From contig CM059432.1 in the NCBI GenBank assembly GCA_030390025.1, positions 117,058,001 through 117,122,000 on the forward strand: DNA of 64,000 bases. The letters run 5' to 3'. Source of the stretch: Squalus acanthias (taxonomy: Eukaryota). Below are positions 25,627 to 38,714 of the stretch, piece by piece; positions within the stretch are counted from its first letter, which is position 1, and every line of letters begins with the position of its first letter. Under the pieces are notes generated by a model, which had not been told where the DNA came from, did not search any database, and saw nothing but the letters and a program-made list of their open reading frames with translations. Both the position numbers and the translations under genes were made by a program.

Positions 25627-27594
25627 TATATCACATTTCATGTTATCCATTATGTATTGTGGGTTCTGCAACTAACACAATATGGCTGTCTCCATATTTG
25701 TTGAGGTGGTAAATTGGAATACTTGCAACTAGCTTCTGACTGTCTTAACTCAAGCCGGTGGTAAATTCGGGTGCTGTGTATTGGTATTTGCAGTGCTCCC
25801 AGCTGAATGGTTAGTAATGTACTTACCAGCACATAACTATCTAAAATGTCTTAATTACCACAAGTCACAATGCTCCGGAAGTTCCTGAAAAGTTATGTTG
25901 TAACCATGGTGTAAGAGCGAGACTTTCTTCCTGAGGAAATTTGCACATAACTGATTTATGCCAGTTTTACGTTGAAACATGACTACGCACAAATTTTCTT
26001 GATCATTTACATCACTTCCAATATACGTCTGCTGATACTTTCTGACACTCATTTACATAACTCCAACCCCAGGCAAAAGTCCAGCTCTTGCAAGTTTCCT
26101 GGATTTACGCAAATAATATGCTGGCGTAGATATTATCCAAAAATATAGGAGCAACACGGCCCAAAGTCACCCCATATCAGCGTATCTAAAATTTCTAGAG
26201 TTTGATAGTAATTCACAATTTAATTTTTTCTTTCCTTACTGGAACCTGTTTATTTATTTGAAAGTGTATTTCTGTATTTCATGCACATCTAGTTAATTCA
26301 TTGCTTGACTGCCTGTATCAAATATCTCTATTAATTTTATAACAAATAGAAAGAACATTTTCACCCTCTCCTACCAATTTATATTTTGTTTATAACCTTG
26401 ATGACATATTCTTGAAGAATTTTTTTGGTTGTTATCAATTTAAATGAATCCGTTATGTCACTGATATTCCTTGTTGTGGCCATGAAGTTATCAGGGACCA
26501 ATGAGCAGGGTCTCAGATAACATTTTCTCAATCGCATTGTTCCCACTGGCCAATTACAATGTTGAAAAAACAATTCACAATGGTTACCGTAGAAAGGGTC
26601 ACATGATTACCAAGGACTAATTTCAAATCCCTGCTCCACCTAGCTGGCCAATCATACACAGAATAGTCAGCTAGGCTGCAGCCAAAAAAATTGATAGAGA
26701 GTGACATGATAGAATAGTAACATAATTGGTATTTTGCAGCTCACTAGTATTACTAGGTTTTGAAAAGTCAATTTGTCCAGTGAGATGTGTCACTCAATTG
26801 AAATATTCTCATGGTCACTTTTGCCCAGTGAGATTGCTCCAACGTGTGACACACCAATTTTATTAACATGATACTAGTAGATCTAATTCTGGCACAGTTC
26901 ATGGATACACAAGCCAAGAAGTGGAATAGCAAGAAAGATTGATCAATAGATCAATAGATGATCGATAGATAGATTTAGATATTTTTTATTGGTGAAGTTT
27001 CACATTGTTGCCTCTGTTGTCTTTCAGAGTATGTGCTTTGATGTAAGTGGACAGATGATATTGATTGTGTGACTGGCAGAAGTTATTCCCTAACCTTGTT
27101 TCACTGGTACAGCAATGTAGGAATCCAGGTGAAAAAAGAAGGATGGAGGAATGTGCTTCTCCTTCCCAGGATTATGTAGCACAATGTTTCTCTGTAGCAT
27201 TTTCTGGAATGAAAACAAATAATGCTCACATATATGTTTGCTATTATTTCTTGCAAGTAGAAGGTAAATACAGGGAAATTGCTTTCAATGTATTTCTGTC
27301 TCATCCTTAGCTGAGCTTTAAACAAGAGTTTTCACTCAAAGGCAGAATCTCCTCTGCTCGGAGTCCATGAATGACATTTTCATTAAAGAAAATACTGTCC
27401 AGTGACAGTCGTTAAACCATCTCTAAACGACAAGCACTTTTAAAAGGTAAACCTGTCGAAAGAATAAGGGGTGAAGTACAAAGAACCTTGCGTTGGAAAC
27501 ACTTTCTCTACAAGACCTTAAATGACATTGTTTTGCATTTAGATTCAGGACATTTCTTCTGGGGTCCTGACCGATAATAACTTTCAATTGCATC

Positions 27595-27890
27595 GGATAC
27601 ACGGCACAGAAACAGGCCATTCACCTCAACCAGTCCATGCTGGCGTTTATGCTCCCGAACCTCCTCCCGTCTTTCCTCATCTAACTCTATCAGCATCACA
27701 CTCTATTCCCTTCTCCCTCATATGCTTATCTAGCCTCCCCTTAAATGCATCTATACTATTCACTTCAACCACTCCCTGTGGTAGCGAGTTCCACATTCTC
27801 ACCACTCTCTGGGTAAAGAAGTTTCTTCTGAATTCCCTATTGGATTTCTTGGTGACTATCTTATATTGATGGCCTCTAGTTTTGCTCCAT
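27595..27890 (-). mobile_element. Short CR1 3' end
   Basis: Minus strand: aggagaaacttctttacccagagagtggtgagaatgtggaactc plus 3' UTR. Confidence 0.8.
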
Positions 27891-28808
27891 TAATTTGATC
27901 ACTAAAAATGTAATTGAGAGAAACAATATAGGGTTTATAAATTACCAACGATGAACTTAATGTGCAAATTCTTAATGCATTCATATCAAATTCCTCTCTC
28001 TACTTTAACATGAGTTAGAACTGGTGCACCCCAGAGCAAATTATGCTGTTAAACAGATTTGAAGCTCTATCTTCCTTTGGGGAAAATGAGGACTCAGGGC
28101 AGAGCTGTTAAATAAATATCAATGGCACCAACAAACAAAAGATGGCTCAAGGGAGCAGGGGGAGATTGGTAACACAGCTGGAAATGCAGTAGTGATAGTT
28201 CAGTAGTTAGAGGGGCTGACACAACCTGTAGCAGTCCAGACTGTTGGTCCTGATGCTTTGTTGCCTCCCAGATGCTAGGGTAACGGACATTTTGCATAGG
28301 CTAGAAAGGATTGTGCAAGGGGTGGGAGAGCAACTAGTTATTGTGGTCCATGTGGGAGCCAGTGATGTAGGTAAAGGCAGTTCTGAAGTCCTGCTAGCTC
28401 AATTTATGAGATTAGGAAACAAGTTTAGGAGCTGGACTTCACAGATAGTAATCTCAAGCTTACTTCCCCAGCCATGTGCTAGAATAGGGAAGGACAGGAA
28501 GATTAGGGAACATAAGAACATAAGAAATAGGAGCAGGAGTAAGCCATTTGGCCCCTCGAGCCTGCTCCACCATTCAATAAGATCACGGCTGATCTGATCT
28601 TGGCCTCAACTCCACTTTCCTGCCTGCTCCCCATAACCCTTGACTCCCCTGTAGTTCCAAAATCTGTTGTTCTCAGCCTTGAATATATTCAATGGCTCAG
28701 CAGCCACAGCCCTTTGGGGTAGTGAATTCCAAAGATTCACAACCCTCTGAGTGAAGAAATTCCTCCTCATCTCAGTCTTAAATGGCCGACCCCTTATCCT
28801 GAGACTAT

Positions 28809-29056
28809 GGGCTGGATTTTGTCTTGGGGTCGGGTTGGGGTCGTGTTACCCACATTTCGTGTTGCCCCCCCGACTCCAGATTAATGTGGATGAATGATGC
28901 AATTTTCACTTAATTGGGTAATTGAGTTCCAGCATGTGGGAACCCATGAACCAATTAGTGGTTTCAGTCTAAAAGTCGCCTCTGATGATGGGTCTCAGAG
29001 ACTGCCTGGCTTTTGGTGTGAGAGGACCTGGATGCAAAATAAGCAGCAGCTCTAAG

Positions 29057-29089
<33 letters not shown>

Positions 29090-29561
29090 AGAAAGAAAGA
29101 AAGAAAGAAAGAAACTTTTTTGCATCCAGGTCCTCTCACAGCAAAGGCCAGGCAGTTTCTGAAGACATTCAATGCAGCAGCATCAGAGGCGACTTTCAGA
29201 CCTAATACTACTACCTTCATCACATCTCCATTGTAATAGTGGACCTGCAGCTGATAGTCAGCTATCCACTTGTGCTCCCGCCAGGTTTCACTGGCGTGTT
29301 TCACATCAGGCGTACTTCATGTCGGAAAAGGGTTAAACTAGCTAAAATGTTTCAAAATGGCATTACTGAGCCACTTTAGGGATAGTTAAGAGCGCTAATG
29401 GCCTCTCGCGCCTCTTGGAGGCGGGACGGAGTCGGGAACCCTGCGACCCATTTTGTCAAACTTGCGTGGAGGCGTGGATGGGGTCGGGACCCCCGAATCT
29501 GCTACTTTAACCCCCCACACGCCTCCAAACCCGACTCCACGGGTCATTGAAAATCCAGCCC
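28809..29561. mobile_element. Harbinger MITE with internal hairpin and microsatellite
   Basis: TIR gggctggatttt at both ends; TSD TAT/AAT; CR1 sequence resumes across it. Confidence 0.88.
29057..29114 (+). repeat. (GA)n(GAAA)n microsatellite
   Basis: Direct reading. Confidence 0.95.
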
Positions 29562-31408
29562 AATGCCTCCTAATTCTAGACTCTCCAGCCAGGGGAAACA
29601 ACCTCTCAGCATCTATCCTGTTTATCCCCCTCAGAATCTTCTATGTTTCAATGCGATCACCTCTCATTCTTCTAAACTCCAGAGAATATAGGCTCAATCT
29701 ACTCAATCTCTCCTCATAGGACAACCCTCTCATTCCAGGGATCAATCTAGTGAACCTTCGTTACACTGCCTCTAAGGCAAGTATGTCCGTCCTCAGATAA
29801 GGAGACCAATAATGTGTGCAGTACTCCAGGTGTGGTCTCACCAAAGCCCTGTACAATTGTAATAAGACTTCCTTACCAAGGTAGGACTGTATCTGAACAG
29901 GCAGGGTGCTACTGTACCAGAAAAAATTGTTAAATAGATTAAGTGACATGTCATTTAAACTAGAAAGCTAGGAGGGATCAGAAAATAAAGCCAACCAACA
30001 AACAGCTAATAGCAAAGGGAGAAAAAGATGAGGATAAAATTAATGCAGAAAGCAATTTAGTAAGAGTGATATATAGAGGAATAACATCAAATGGAATCAC
30101 TATAAATGGGGAAGAAACTGAAGTAAAGGTAATGGGTAGCTTAGACAAAAAATCATGGGATAAGGAGTAGTGTTAAAAAAATAATTTAAATGTATATATT
30201 GCAAAATGTGAGAAATACACTTGGGGAACAGTAAGCAAATATTTCACAGGAAGATCTGGACTTAATATCATTAACTGAAACCTGGCTGTAAACAAGACAA
30301 AAATGGAAAATTAAACATATTGGGTTATAATGTAGTTAGGAGGGATAGAAAAGATGAGTGGCAATATTGGTAAAAGAGGGAATCCATGCTGTAGAGAGGG
30401 ATGATGTAGACAAGGAAGAGGTACAGACAGTCAATGTGGTCGCAATTCAAAGACGAAAGGCACTAGTTACATTGATGGGGGTGTATTACAGACCTCCAAA
30501 TTGTGAGAAGCAAATGGAAGGAAGGAAAAAAATCTATTGTCACATTAGATAAATGGGTAGGAATAACAAAATTATTGTTCTAAAATTATCCACTTATGGG
30601 TTCGGAGACAGAGGAAGTAAATGGAGAAAAGAGAATGGAATTCCTAAAATGTGTACAGGACTCCTTCCTGGAGCAGTATGTTAGTAGACCGATAGGAGTG
30701 GAGATGTTGCTAGATCTGATTAAAGATCCAACTAGATCGGGAAAAAAGTCAGTACAGAAACTGAAATACCAGATTGGATTAGAACAGATTTTAGGAAGAT
30801 AAGGAACAAGCTAACTGAGGTGAGGTGGTTGGAAAAATTGGCACCCAGGACTGCAGGGCAACAGTGGGAAAGTTTTTAAAAATAGGTAGCAAAGGTACAG
30901 AATAAGTATATTCCTCAAAAAAAAAGAAAGCTACTAGTAGTTTTAGGATGCCATGGATAAAGAGAGTAGAAACCAATTAAAATTGAAGACACAGGATGAT
31001 AAGAATTATAATTAAAAAACGAAGGAAAAAATAACAAAACTATGAGGAAGAATTACAACAAACAATCAATGTAAAGTATTTTCCATGTATATCAGTCAAA
31101 AAGAGAGTTGTTAAAAACCAGGTGGGTCCCCTGAGAGGAGAGGATTTTCAATTTGTAGATTATGATCGAAAAATAATGGAGGTATAAAATAAATACTTTA
31201 CTAAAGAGAAAGATATCAGAGAGGAGGTGAATCCTGAAGTGGTTAAGAGAGAGATGAGTGATATTAAGATGGATAAAAAGAACATTTTAGATAATTAGTT
31301 AGACTAAAGGAAAGCAAAAGACTGGAATTTAAATAGCAGATGTGCTGGGAGCGGGGAATGCGTGGGAAACTCAGAAATATGTTAATCGCGTCTGTCGGTG
31401 GCTTTTAA

Positions 31409-31738
31409 GAACATAAGAAATAGGAGCAGGAGTAGGCCAATCGGCCCCTCGAGCCTGCTCCGCCATTCAATAAGATCATGGCTGATCTGATCCTCACCTC
31501 AAATCTAAAGAACACAAGAAGTAGGAGCAGGACCTGGCCACTCAGCCCCTGGGCCCGCTACGCCACCCACAGGGCCTCGACCGATCCGAACTCAGCCTCA
31601 TGTCCAATTTCCTGCCCGCTCCCCGTAACCCCTAATTCCCTTTACTTCTAGGAAACTGTCTATTTTTGTTTTAAATTTATTTAATGATGTAGCTTCCACA
31701 GCTTCCTGGGGCAGCAAATTCCACAGACCGACTACACT
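31409..31738 (-). mobile_element. Short CR1 3' end with a duplicated 3' UTR, inserted in the Harbinger left arm
   Basis: VVGLWNLLPQEAVEATSLNKFK..GYGERAGNW; TTTTAA on both sides. Confidence 0.85.
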
Positions 31739-31906
31739 TTTTAACTCAGCCTCCTCATTATTATATTCCTTCCGGGTTTCCCATCCAATCAGCGGCAGCG
31801 GGCGTGATGTGGACCTGCATAACGTGATCTCAACTCCAGTATTTAAATGGACACTCCAAACATGCAAGTTGAAGGAGTTGGCTGTCAGAGAACTGGAAGT
31901 GTTGCA

Positions 31907-33729
31907 ATGGAGATGAGATGGGCAAAGGCTGCACCCCGCTTCACGGACACCTCCCTGGATGTGCTGCTGGGGGCTGTGAGGAGCCGGAGGGAGATACTGT
32001 TCCCTAGCAATGGGAGGATGAAGCCTGCAGCTGAGACCAATAAGGCGTGGTTGGAGGTTGCGGAGGAGGTCAGCAGCAGGAGCGTGGTGTCACGCTACTG
32101 GATTCAGTGCAGAAAACGGTTTAATGACCTCAGCAGATCAGGAAAGTTGAGTACAGTGGCACATTCACCTACATCAAGCTGTGCCTATCACCCCAACACC
32201 CTCACTCTGCCTTCTCACGCCTACTCCATCACATCACTCCTCACACCCAATAACCTTGCAGGTGCACCCATCTTTCTCTTTCTATGCACTTCCTCACATC
32301 CCCATCTATCCATCGACCACTCCCACTCACTCTCATCCTTATGCAATGTCATGCCGCTCCCTCATGGTCACCCTCACCAAATGCTCTCCATGCATCAAGT
32401 GAACTCATGCCATTACACTCACTCAGAGGTCTAATTTTTCTCTCCTTGCAGGAGAAGAGAGCACAGAACACCAGGGAGAGGTAGAGAACCAGAGGGGGCC
32501 CTCCGCAGATCATGCAGCTGACAAGCGCAGAGGAGGAGACGCTGGAGACCAGTGGAGTTTCGGTGTCCCTGTCTGTCGGAGATGGGGAGACTGGGAGCTC
32601 CCAGCTACCTTGTGAAACAATTAAATAAAAGCCATCCACATGTTAAATGGCACTCAGTCATGTTGACTTGGTTTCAACAGCGAGTGAAATATGATCCTAT
32701 TCATCATGATAATTTGCAACTAATTTATGTCTTTTATCTCCTACAGGGCCTTCATGCGTGCAGCAGGAGTCGGTGGACGTGGCAGGCAATGATTCCTCAG
32801 CGGAGCAGAGTCCTTCTGAGGGTGCAGCATCACAGAACTCATTCCGACCATGCTCCAGCTCAGATACTCACACATCTGTGGGACCAATAAGGCAGATAGT
32901 TGGGTTTTCACCTGGTGACTCACACTTCACATGTGAGCAAGAGATCATTTTGGAGACAGGGACACTAGTGGAGAATCTGTGTCGGAGGGCACAGCCCTCT
33001 CCAAGCTCTGCTCGGCTGGACACTGATGTTGTACCGCAGGGGCTGTCGATGAAGAGCAGAATCATTGAGCAGCAGCAGATAATGTGCGATGTACTGACAG
33101 GCCTTCAAAGTGGACTCACCATGATTGCAGAGAGATTGGAGGAGTCCACTTCAAACATGAGGGGGGTGATGTCACAGGCCATTGAGATGATGTCTTCTTC
33201 CATATATAGAGTGGCCAGCGCCATGGACCGTCATACGCTCCAATCAAATAAGTCCATGGCGCCTTCAACACCACCGTGTAGACTTTGGATGTCAACATGT
33301 CTGCCACCTTAAATAGGTTGACAGATACCATAGCCTTGGCCTTACAGGACCGCACTGGTCTGCAGCAAAGTGTTCTCCAGCACAGTCGTAGCAGTGAAGT
33401 GTGGCTGGGCCATGAGAGGGTTGATGGCAAAAGGGGTCATGGAAGTGGGGACTCCACTCAAAGCGCTACCACTTCTCACCCATTGCTCACCTCTCAGTCA
33501 GTAGTCCACATGGATGCCTTGTCTCCTGATGGCCGTGTCTGCCCCTGCACAGGTGCAGGTGGAACAGTCTTTGGCTGGGTCCTCACGGGCTCCAAAGCCC
33601 AGAGGTCGTTGGCCAAGAGCATCTCAGCAGTCAGAGCTGGGGTGTGAGTAGCCTGCCTCTAGCTCTGCTGAAGCCTCACAGTTTGCACCACATAGGAGTA
33701 GCAGGAAAAGGAAGAGTAAAGCTGTGTAG
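31907..33729 (+). pseudogene. Harbinger Myb/SANT-like DNA-binding gene, three exons (31907-32146, 32452-32611, 32747-33729)
   Basis: AAPRFTDTSLDVLL..AWLEVAEEVS..WIQCRKRFNDL; acceptors ccttgcag and cctacag; first donor mutated (TTGAGT); stops present. Confidence 0.88.
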
Positions 33730-34039
33730 TTGCACAAGGGCATGCACATGGGTGTCTGAGATAATGTTGTGTTGATAAGTTTGTGTTCATTATTTACATC
33801 TCATAAATGTTATTCTTTTTCAACACTTTCCAGTCTTGTCCCTTGTCGGGTGCTGGGCAGTAATTGGCCTTCTAACTTGCTTGATGATGAATGTGAGGAC
33901 ATGAATTGATGGAGACCAATGGGGAAATGTTGAAGGATTGGTTGGTTGGTTGCAGGACTGCTTTGTGTCAGTGGCATGGGTGGGGGGTGGTGCAGGTGAG
34001 CAAGAAGAGTGATGTTTCCATTTCCTTGTGACATGGGTC

Positions 34040-35276
34040 CACTGGTGCAGCCTAACTGAATCTTGCATTAATAAGGGCATCCCTGGCAGCTATGTGAGCA
34101 GCTGGAAGTGCATTGCCCTCATCACCCTGCTCATCTTCTTCTTCCTCCTGCTACTCTGAATCATCCGAGGAGGATCTGAGTTCTCCGCCATGTTCCTCCT
34201 GCAGGTCCAAGCCTTGCTGTTGCGCAATGTTGTGCAGAGCACAGCAAACCACGACCATTCTGGACACCCTGGCTGGTGCATACTGCAGGGAGCCTCCAGA
34301 TCTGTCCAGGCACCTGAAGCACGTCTTCAGCATGCCGATGGCCTATTCAATCACAATCTCGTGGTGATATGGCATTCATTGTAGCGCTGTTGGGTTTCAA
34401 TGGTTGGGTTTCAGACGGGTGTCATGAGCCAAGTTTGCAGTGGGTATCCCTTGTTTCCTAGCAGCAACCCCTTAAGTCTGCTTCCAGGTGCGAAGAAATC
34501 AGGGAGCTTGGACTGCCAAGGGCAAAAGCATCATGGCAGCTGCCCAGGAACCTTGTGCACACCTGCATAAAGATCTTTTTGTGGTTGCACACCAACTACA
34601 CATTGATGGAGTGGTAGCCCTTGCAGTTGACAAACACTTCTGGGTAATCTGGGGATGCACAGATTGCCACATGTGTGTGATCGATGGCGCCATGGATCTG
34701 TGGGAAGCCAGCCAGAGCCACAAACCCGAGCACCCACTCACTCTGACTGGCTTGATCACAGGCGAAGTTGACATAATTGCCGGCCTTGGCAAACAACCCA
34801 TCAGTCACCTGTCTTACACATTTGTGGGCAGCTGATTGGGAGATCCTGGATTTGTCTGCGGCAGAGCCCTGGAAGGATACGGAGGCAAAAAAGTTGAGGG
34901 CAGTGGTGACTTTGATAGCCACTGATAACGCATGGCAACGAGGCCCAGCAGGCAGCAGGTCTTCTTCTAGGAGGCTGCAGATGTCGGCCACCACCTGATG
35001 TGACATCCTGAGCGTCCTGAGACACTGGTTGTCAGACATGTGAAGGAAACTGAGCCTCTTCCTGTAGACCCTGTTTCATGGTTATTGGCTTCAGTGAGCT
35101 TCATCTCTCTGCTTATCCCCTCTCTGCTGGTTGCCTCTCTGCTGCTCCCGTATCTGTTGTTGCCATCTCTCCTGTGGAGCTACAGGTCTATGAGCAGTAG
35201 GCTGCTGCATGTGCTGTTGCTGGTCATCTTGGTCCTCATCTGAGGTCCAATCTAAGGCAGCATAAGCGGCACCCAT
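34040..35276 (-). pseudogene. Harbinger DDE transposase (HARBI1-like), disrupted
   Basis: [54 protein letters not shown]; stops and frameshifts. Confidence 0.93.
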
Positions 35277-37992
35277 CCTGATGTGATAGAACAAACCTCC
35301 AAAGTGTAGAAAGTAACCTCTCAGCAAAAGTATTGTGAACAAACCCTTTCCCACAAGCAGGTAAGAAAGCAGCTGTGGGTACTGAGTATTTATTGGCATA
35401 TTGCCCTGAGATTGATTCAGCCCTTCAATTGCCTCTGTAAACTCGCCTTGCTTTCACTTCGAGTTTCAGGAAGCCCAGAAAACCCGTGGACCCTGCGTTA
35501 AAGTCAAAGTGAGTGTTAATATCGCTCTAATTGATAGACTAACATATGATAATTGGCAACCCGCCTCTCCCGAGGGGGTTGCACGCAGGCAGCCTAACAC
35601 GTTCGAGTTAAAGGCGGAAGTAAGCGCATTGGAGCCGGCTTCCTGATGCACTGATATTTTTGCCGGATTTAACCCCCCCACCCGCACCCGAACCCACGTG
35701 CTCCTGAAGATTAAAATTCAGCCCAAACTATCAGGGCCTGACAGGATACATCCCAGGATACTGAGACAGATGAGGAACAAAATTGCTGAGGCCCTAGAAA
35801 TCCTAGGTGTCATTTTTTAGCTACCGACCCGGCGGCAAACTGATTGGATTGGATCGGCCGCCCATTTTACATTCCGCCCGATCTTACTTTCTATTGACTT
35901 CAGTCAGGTGGGTTGTAAAATGGGTGGGTAATCCTATCCTGTCAGTTTCCTGCCGGGCGGGTTACATTGAAATTACTTCCTGCATTTCCAGACTCTAGTG
36001 GTCAATGTAGCATCTATTTTTAAAAAGGGACACAGAGCTAATCAAGGTAATTACAGGCCAGTTAGCTTAAGTGCTGGAGAAACTTTTTAGAATCTGTAAT
36101 CAGGGTTGAAATTACCACGTATCTATACAAAGAGAAAATAATAATAAGTAGCCAGCGCAGATTTCAGAAGGGTCGATTTGCTTGAGGAGGCAATGGTTAT
36201 GGTAGATTGGGAAATACAATGGATGTGGTGGATGTGGATTTTGGGAAAACTTTTGACAAGGTGTCACCAGTGGTGTCCAGCAGGGATCGGTGTTGGAACC
36301 GTAGCTCTTTTCTATTTTTATTAATGGTCTAGATGTAGATATTAGATGCACAATCTGCAAATCTGCAGTTGATATTCAGATCTGCTGTGCAAGTATTAGG
36401 ACTGTAGACGTTGCTTGACTGCTTCGGGCCGATCTTGATGTGTTGGGGGATTGGGCTCATGACTGGCAAATGTTGTTTAATTTGGAAAAGTGCAGTGTTA
36501 TGCATGTGGGCAGGGCGAATGCTCAACATACATACAAGCTTCAGGGAAAATCATTAAAGGAGGTGGAGAAAGAAAGTATAGATCTCTAAAGGTTCATGAG
36601 CAATGCCATGAAGCAATAGCTACAACAAATAGGGTGTTGGGTGCATTTATAGGACAATTGACTATAAGACAAAGCACACTATTTTGTCCTTGTACAAGAC
36701 CTTGGTCAGGCCTCAATTAGAATACTGTGTCCAGTTTTGGTCTCTTCACAAGGTGGTTGATATTGAGGCTTTGGAGAGGGTGCAGAGGTGGGCCACTCGA
36801 CTAATTCCCAGTTTAAAGCATCTTAATTATCAAGATAGGCTAAAAAAGTTGGGACTCTACACTTTAGAGAAGCGTAGATTTAGGGGTGATCTGATTGAGG
36901 TTTATAAGATACTGAAGAACATAAGAACATAAGAAATAGGAACAGGAGTAGGCCATTCGGCCCCTCGAGCCTGCTCCACCATTCAATGAGATCATGGCTG
37001 ATCTGATCTTGGCCTCAACTCCACTTTCCTGCCCGCTCCCCATAATCCTTGACGCCCCTGTTTTTCAAAAATGTGTCTATCTCCGCCTTGAATATATTCA
37101 ATGTTTCAGCCTCCACAGCTCTCTGGGGTAGAGAATTCCAAAGATTCATGACCCTCTGAGAGAAGAAATTCCTCCTCATCTCCGTTTTAAATGGGTGACC
37201 CCTTATTCTGAAACTATGCCCCCTAGTTCTAGATTCCCCCACGAGGGGAAACATCCCCTCTGCATCTACCCTGTCAAGCCCCCTCAGAATCTTTTATGTT
37301 TTAGTAAGATCACCTCTCATTCTTCTAAACTCCAATGAGTATAGGCCCAACCTGCTCAACCTTTCCTCATAAGACAACCCCTTCATCTCAGGAATTAACC
37401 TAGTGAACCTTCTCTGAACTGCCTCCAATGCAAGTATATCCTTCCTTAAATAAGGAGACCAAAACTGTACGCAGTACTCCAGATGTGGTCTCACCTGTAC
37501 AGTTGTAGCAAGACTTCCTACTTTTATACTCCATCCCCCTTGCAATAAAGGCCAATATTTCATTTGCCTTCCTAATTATTTGCTGTACCTGCATGCTAAC
37601 ATTTTGTGTTTCATGTACAAGGACACCCAGATCCCTCTGTACCACAGCATTCTGTAGTCTCTCTCCATTTAAATAATATTTTGCTTTTTTATTCTTCCTA
37701 CCAAAGTGGATAACCTCACATTTTCCCACATTATACTCCATCTGCCAAATTTTTGCCCACTCACTTAACCTATCTATAACCCTTTGCAGACTCTTTGGGC
37801 TTGATTTTAATAGCCCTGAGGAGGCGGGTTTGGAGGCGGGTCTGTAGCGAAAATCGGAAAAAATGGCTTCAGACACCCAACCCGCCTCCATCCCGCCCCC
37901 ACCCGATTTTCGTGAGTGTCTGTTCAGCCACTCCCAATCTGACCCGACTGGAACCGATGGGACAGGTAGTTAAGGCAATTAAGAACCTGTTA

Positions 37993-38714
37993 TAAAAACA
38001 GAAAATGATGGAAATACTCAGCAGGTCAGGCAGCATCTGTGGAGAGAGAAACAGAGTTAACATTTCAGGTCGATGACCCTTCGTCAGAACTGGTAAAAGT
38101 TGGAGATGGAACAGGTTTTTAAGCAAGTGTAGGGGCAGGGAAAGGGGGGAGGGGAGGAAAGAACAAAAGGGAAGGTCTATGATAGGATGGAAGGCAGGAG
38201 AGATTAAGAGACAAAAGGGATGATGGTGCAAGGCAAAAGGAGATGGTAATGGGATAAGTTAAGAAACAAAAGATGACTCTAGATGAAGTGTAAATGGCAC
38301 TGGCAGATTGATCGACAGCTGCCATGTGAGAGAGAGAAAAAAATGGAAAAAAAGATAGGGGCAGAGGTTATGGTCTGAAATTGTTGAACTCGATGTTGAG
38401 TCCAGAAGGTTGTCAAGTGCCTAATCGAAAGATGAGGTGCTGTTCCTCGAGCTTACGTTGCGCTTCATTGGAACAGTGTAAGAGGCCGAGGACGGAGAGG
38501 TCAGAGTGGGAGTGGGGCGGAGAATTAAAGTGACAGGCGACTGGAAGCTCAGGGTCACCCTTACGGACTGAACGGTAGAGGAGACCACATTGTGAGCAGC
38601 GAATACAGTATACTAAATTGCAAGAAGTTCAAGTAAATCACTGTTTCACCTGGAAGGAGTGTTTAGGGCCCTGGACAATGGGAAGGGAGGAGGTAAAGGG
38701 GCGTGTGTTGCATG
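37993..38714 (-). mobile_element. Penelope-like element 3' fragment (GIY-YIG end plus hammerhead-bearing terminus) nested in the Harbinger
   Basis: Homologous to 62082-62470; CCTGTTA at 37986-37992 and 38715-38721. Confidence 0.88.
38055..38091 (-). ncRNA. Minimal type I hammerhead ribozyme (Penelope-associated, degenerate)
   Basis: AGTT-CTGACGA-AGGGTCATCGACCT-GAAA-TGTT-AACT: core, stem II and stem I pairing. Confidence 0.7.

Larger units (their letters stand above)
28508..29878 (-). mobile_element. Young CR1 3' portion interrupted by a Harbinger MITE
   Basis: [19 protein letters not shown]; (ttcttatg)n tail at 28508-28527. Confidence 0.92.
31319..35724. mobile_element. Full-length-type PIF/Harbinger transposon (decayed), Myb gene on plus and transposase on minus
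   Basis: Degenerate TIR agactggaatttaa / ttaaaattcagccc; AAA duplicated; splits CR1 LKESK-LSGPDRIHPR; both genes present. Confidence 0.92.
28150..36915 (+). mobile_element. Old near-full-length CR1 (ORF1 esterase, endonuclease, RT) acting as host of a nested cluster; pieces ~28150-28507, 29879-31318, 35725-36915
   Basis: SGNH esterase-like ORF1 (SVVRGAD, CCLPDARVTDI, VVHVGASD); APE motifs (LTETWL, MGVYYRPPN, FLKCVQDSFLEQYV); [21 protein letters not shown]. Confidence 0.8.
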
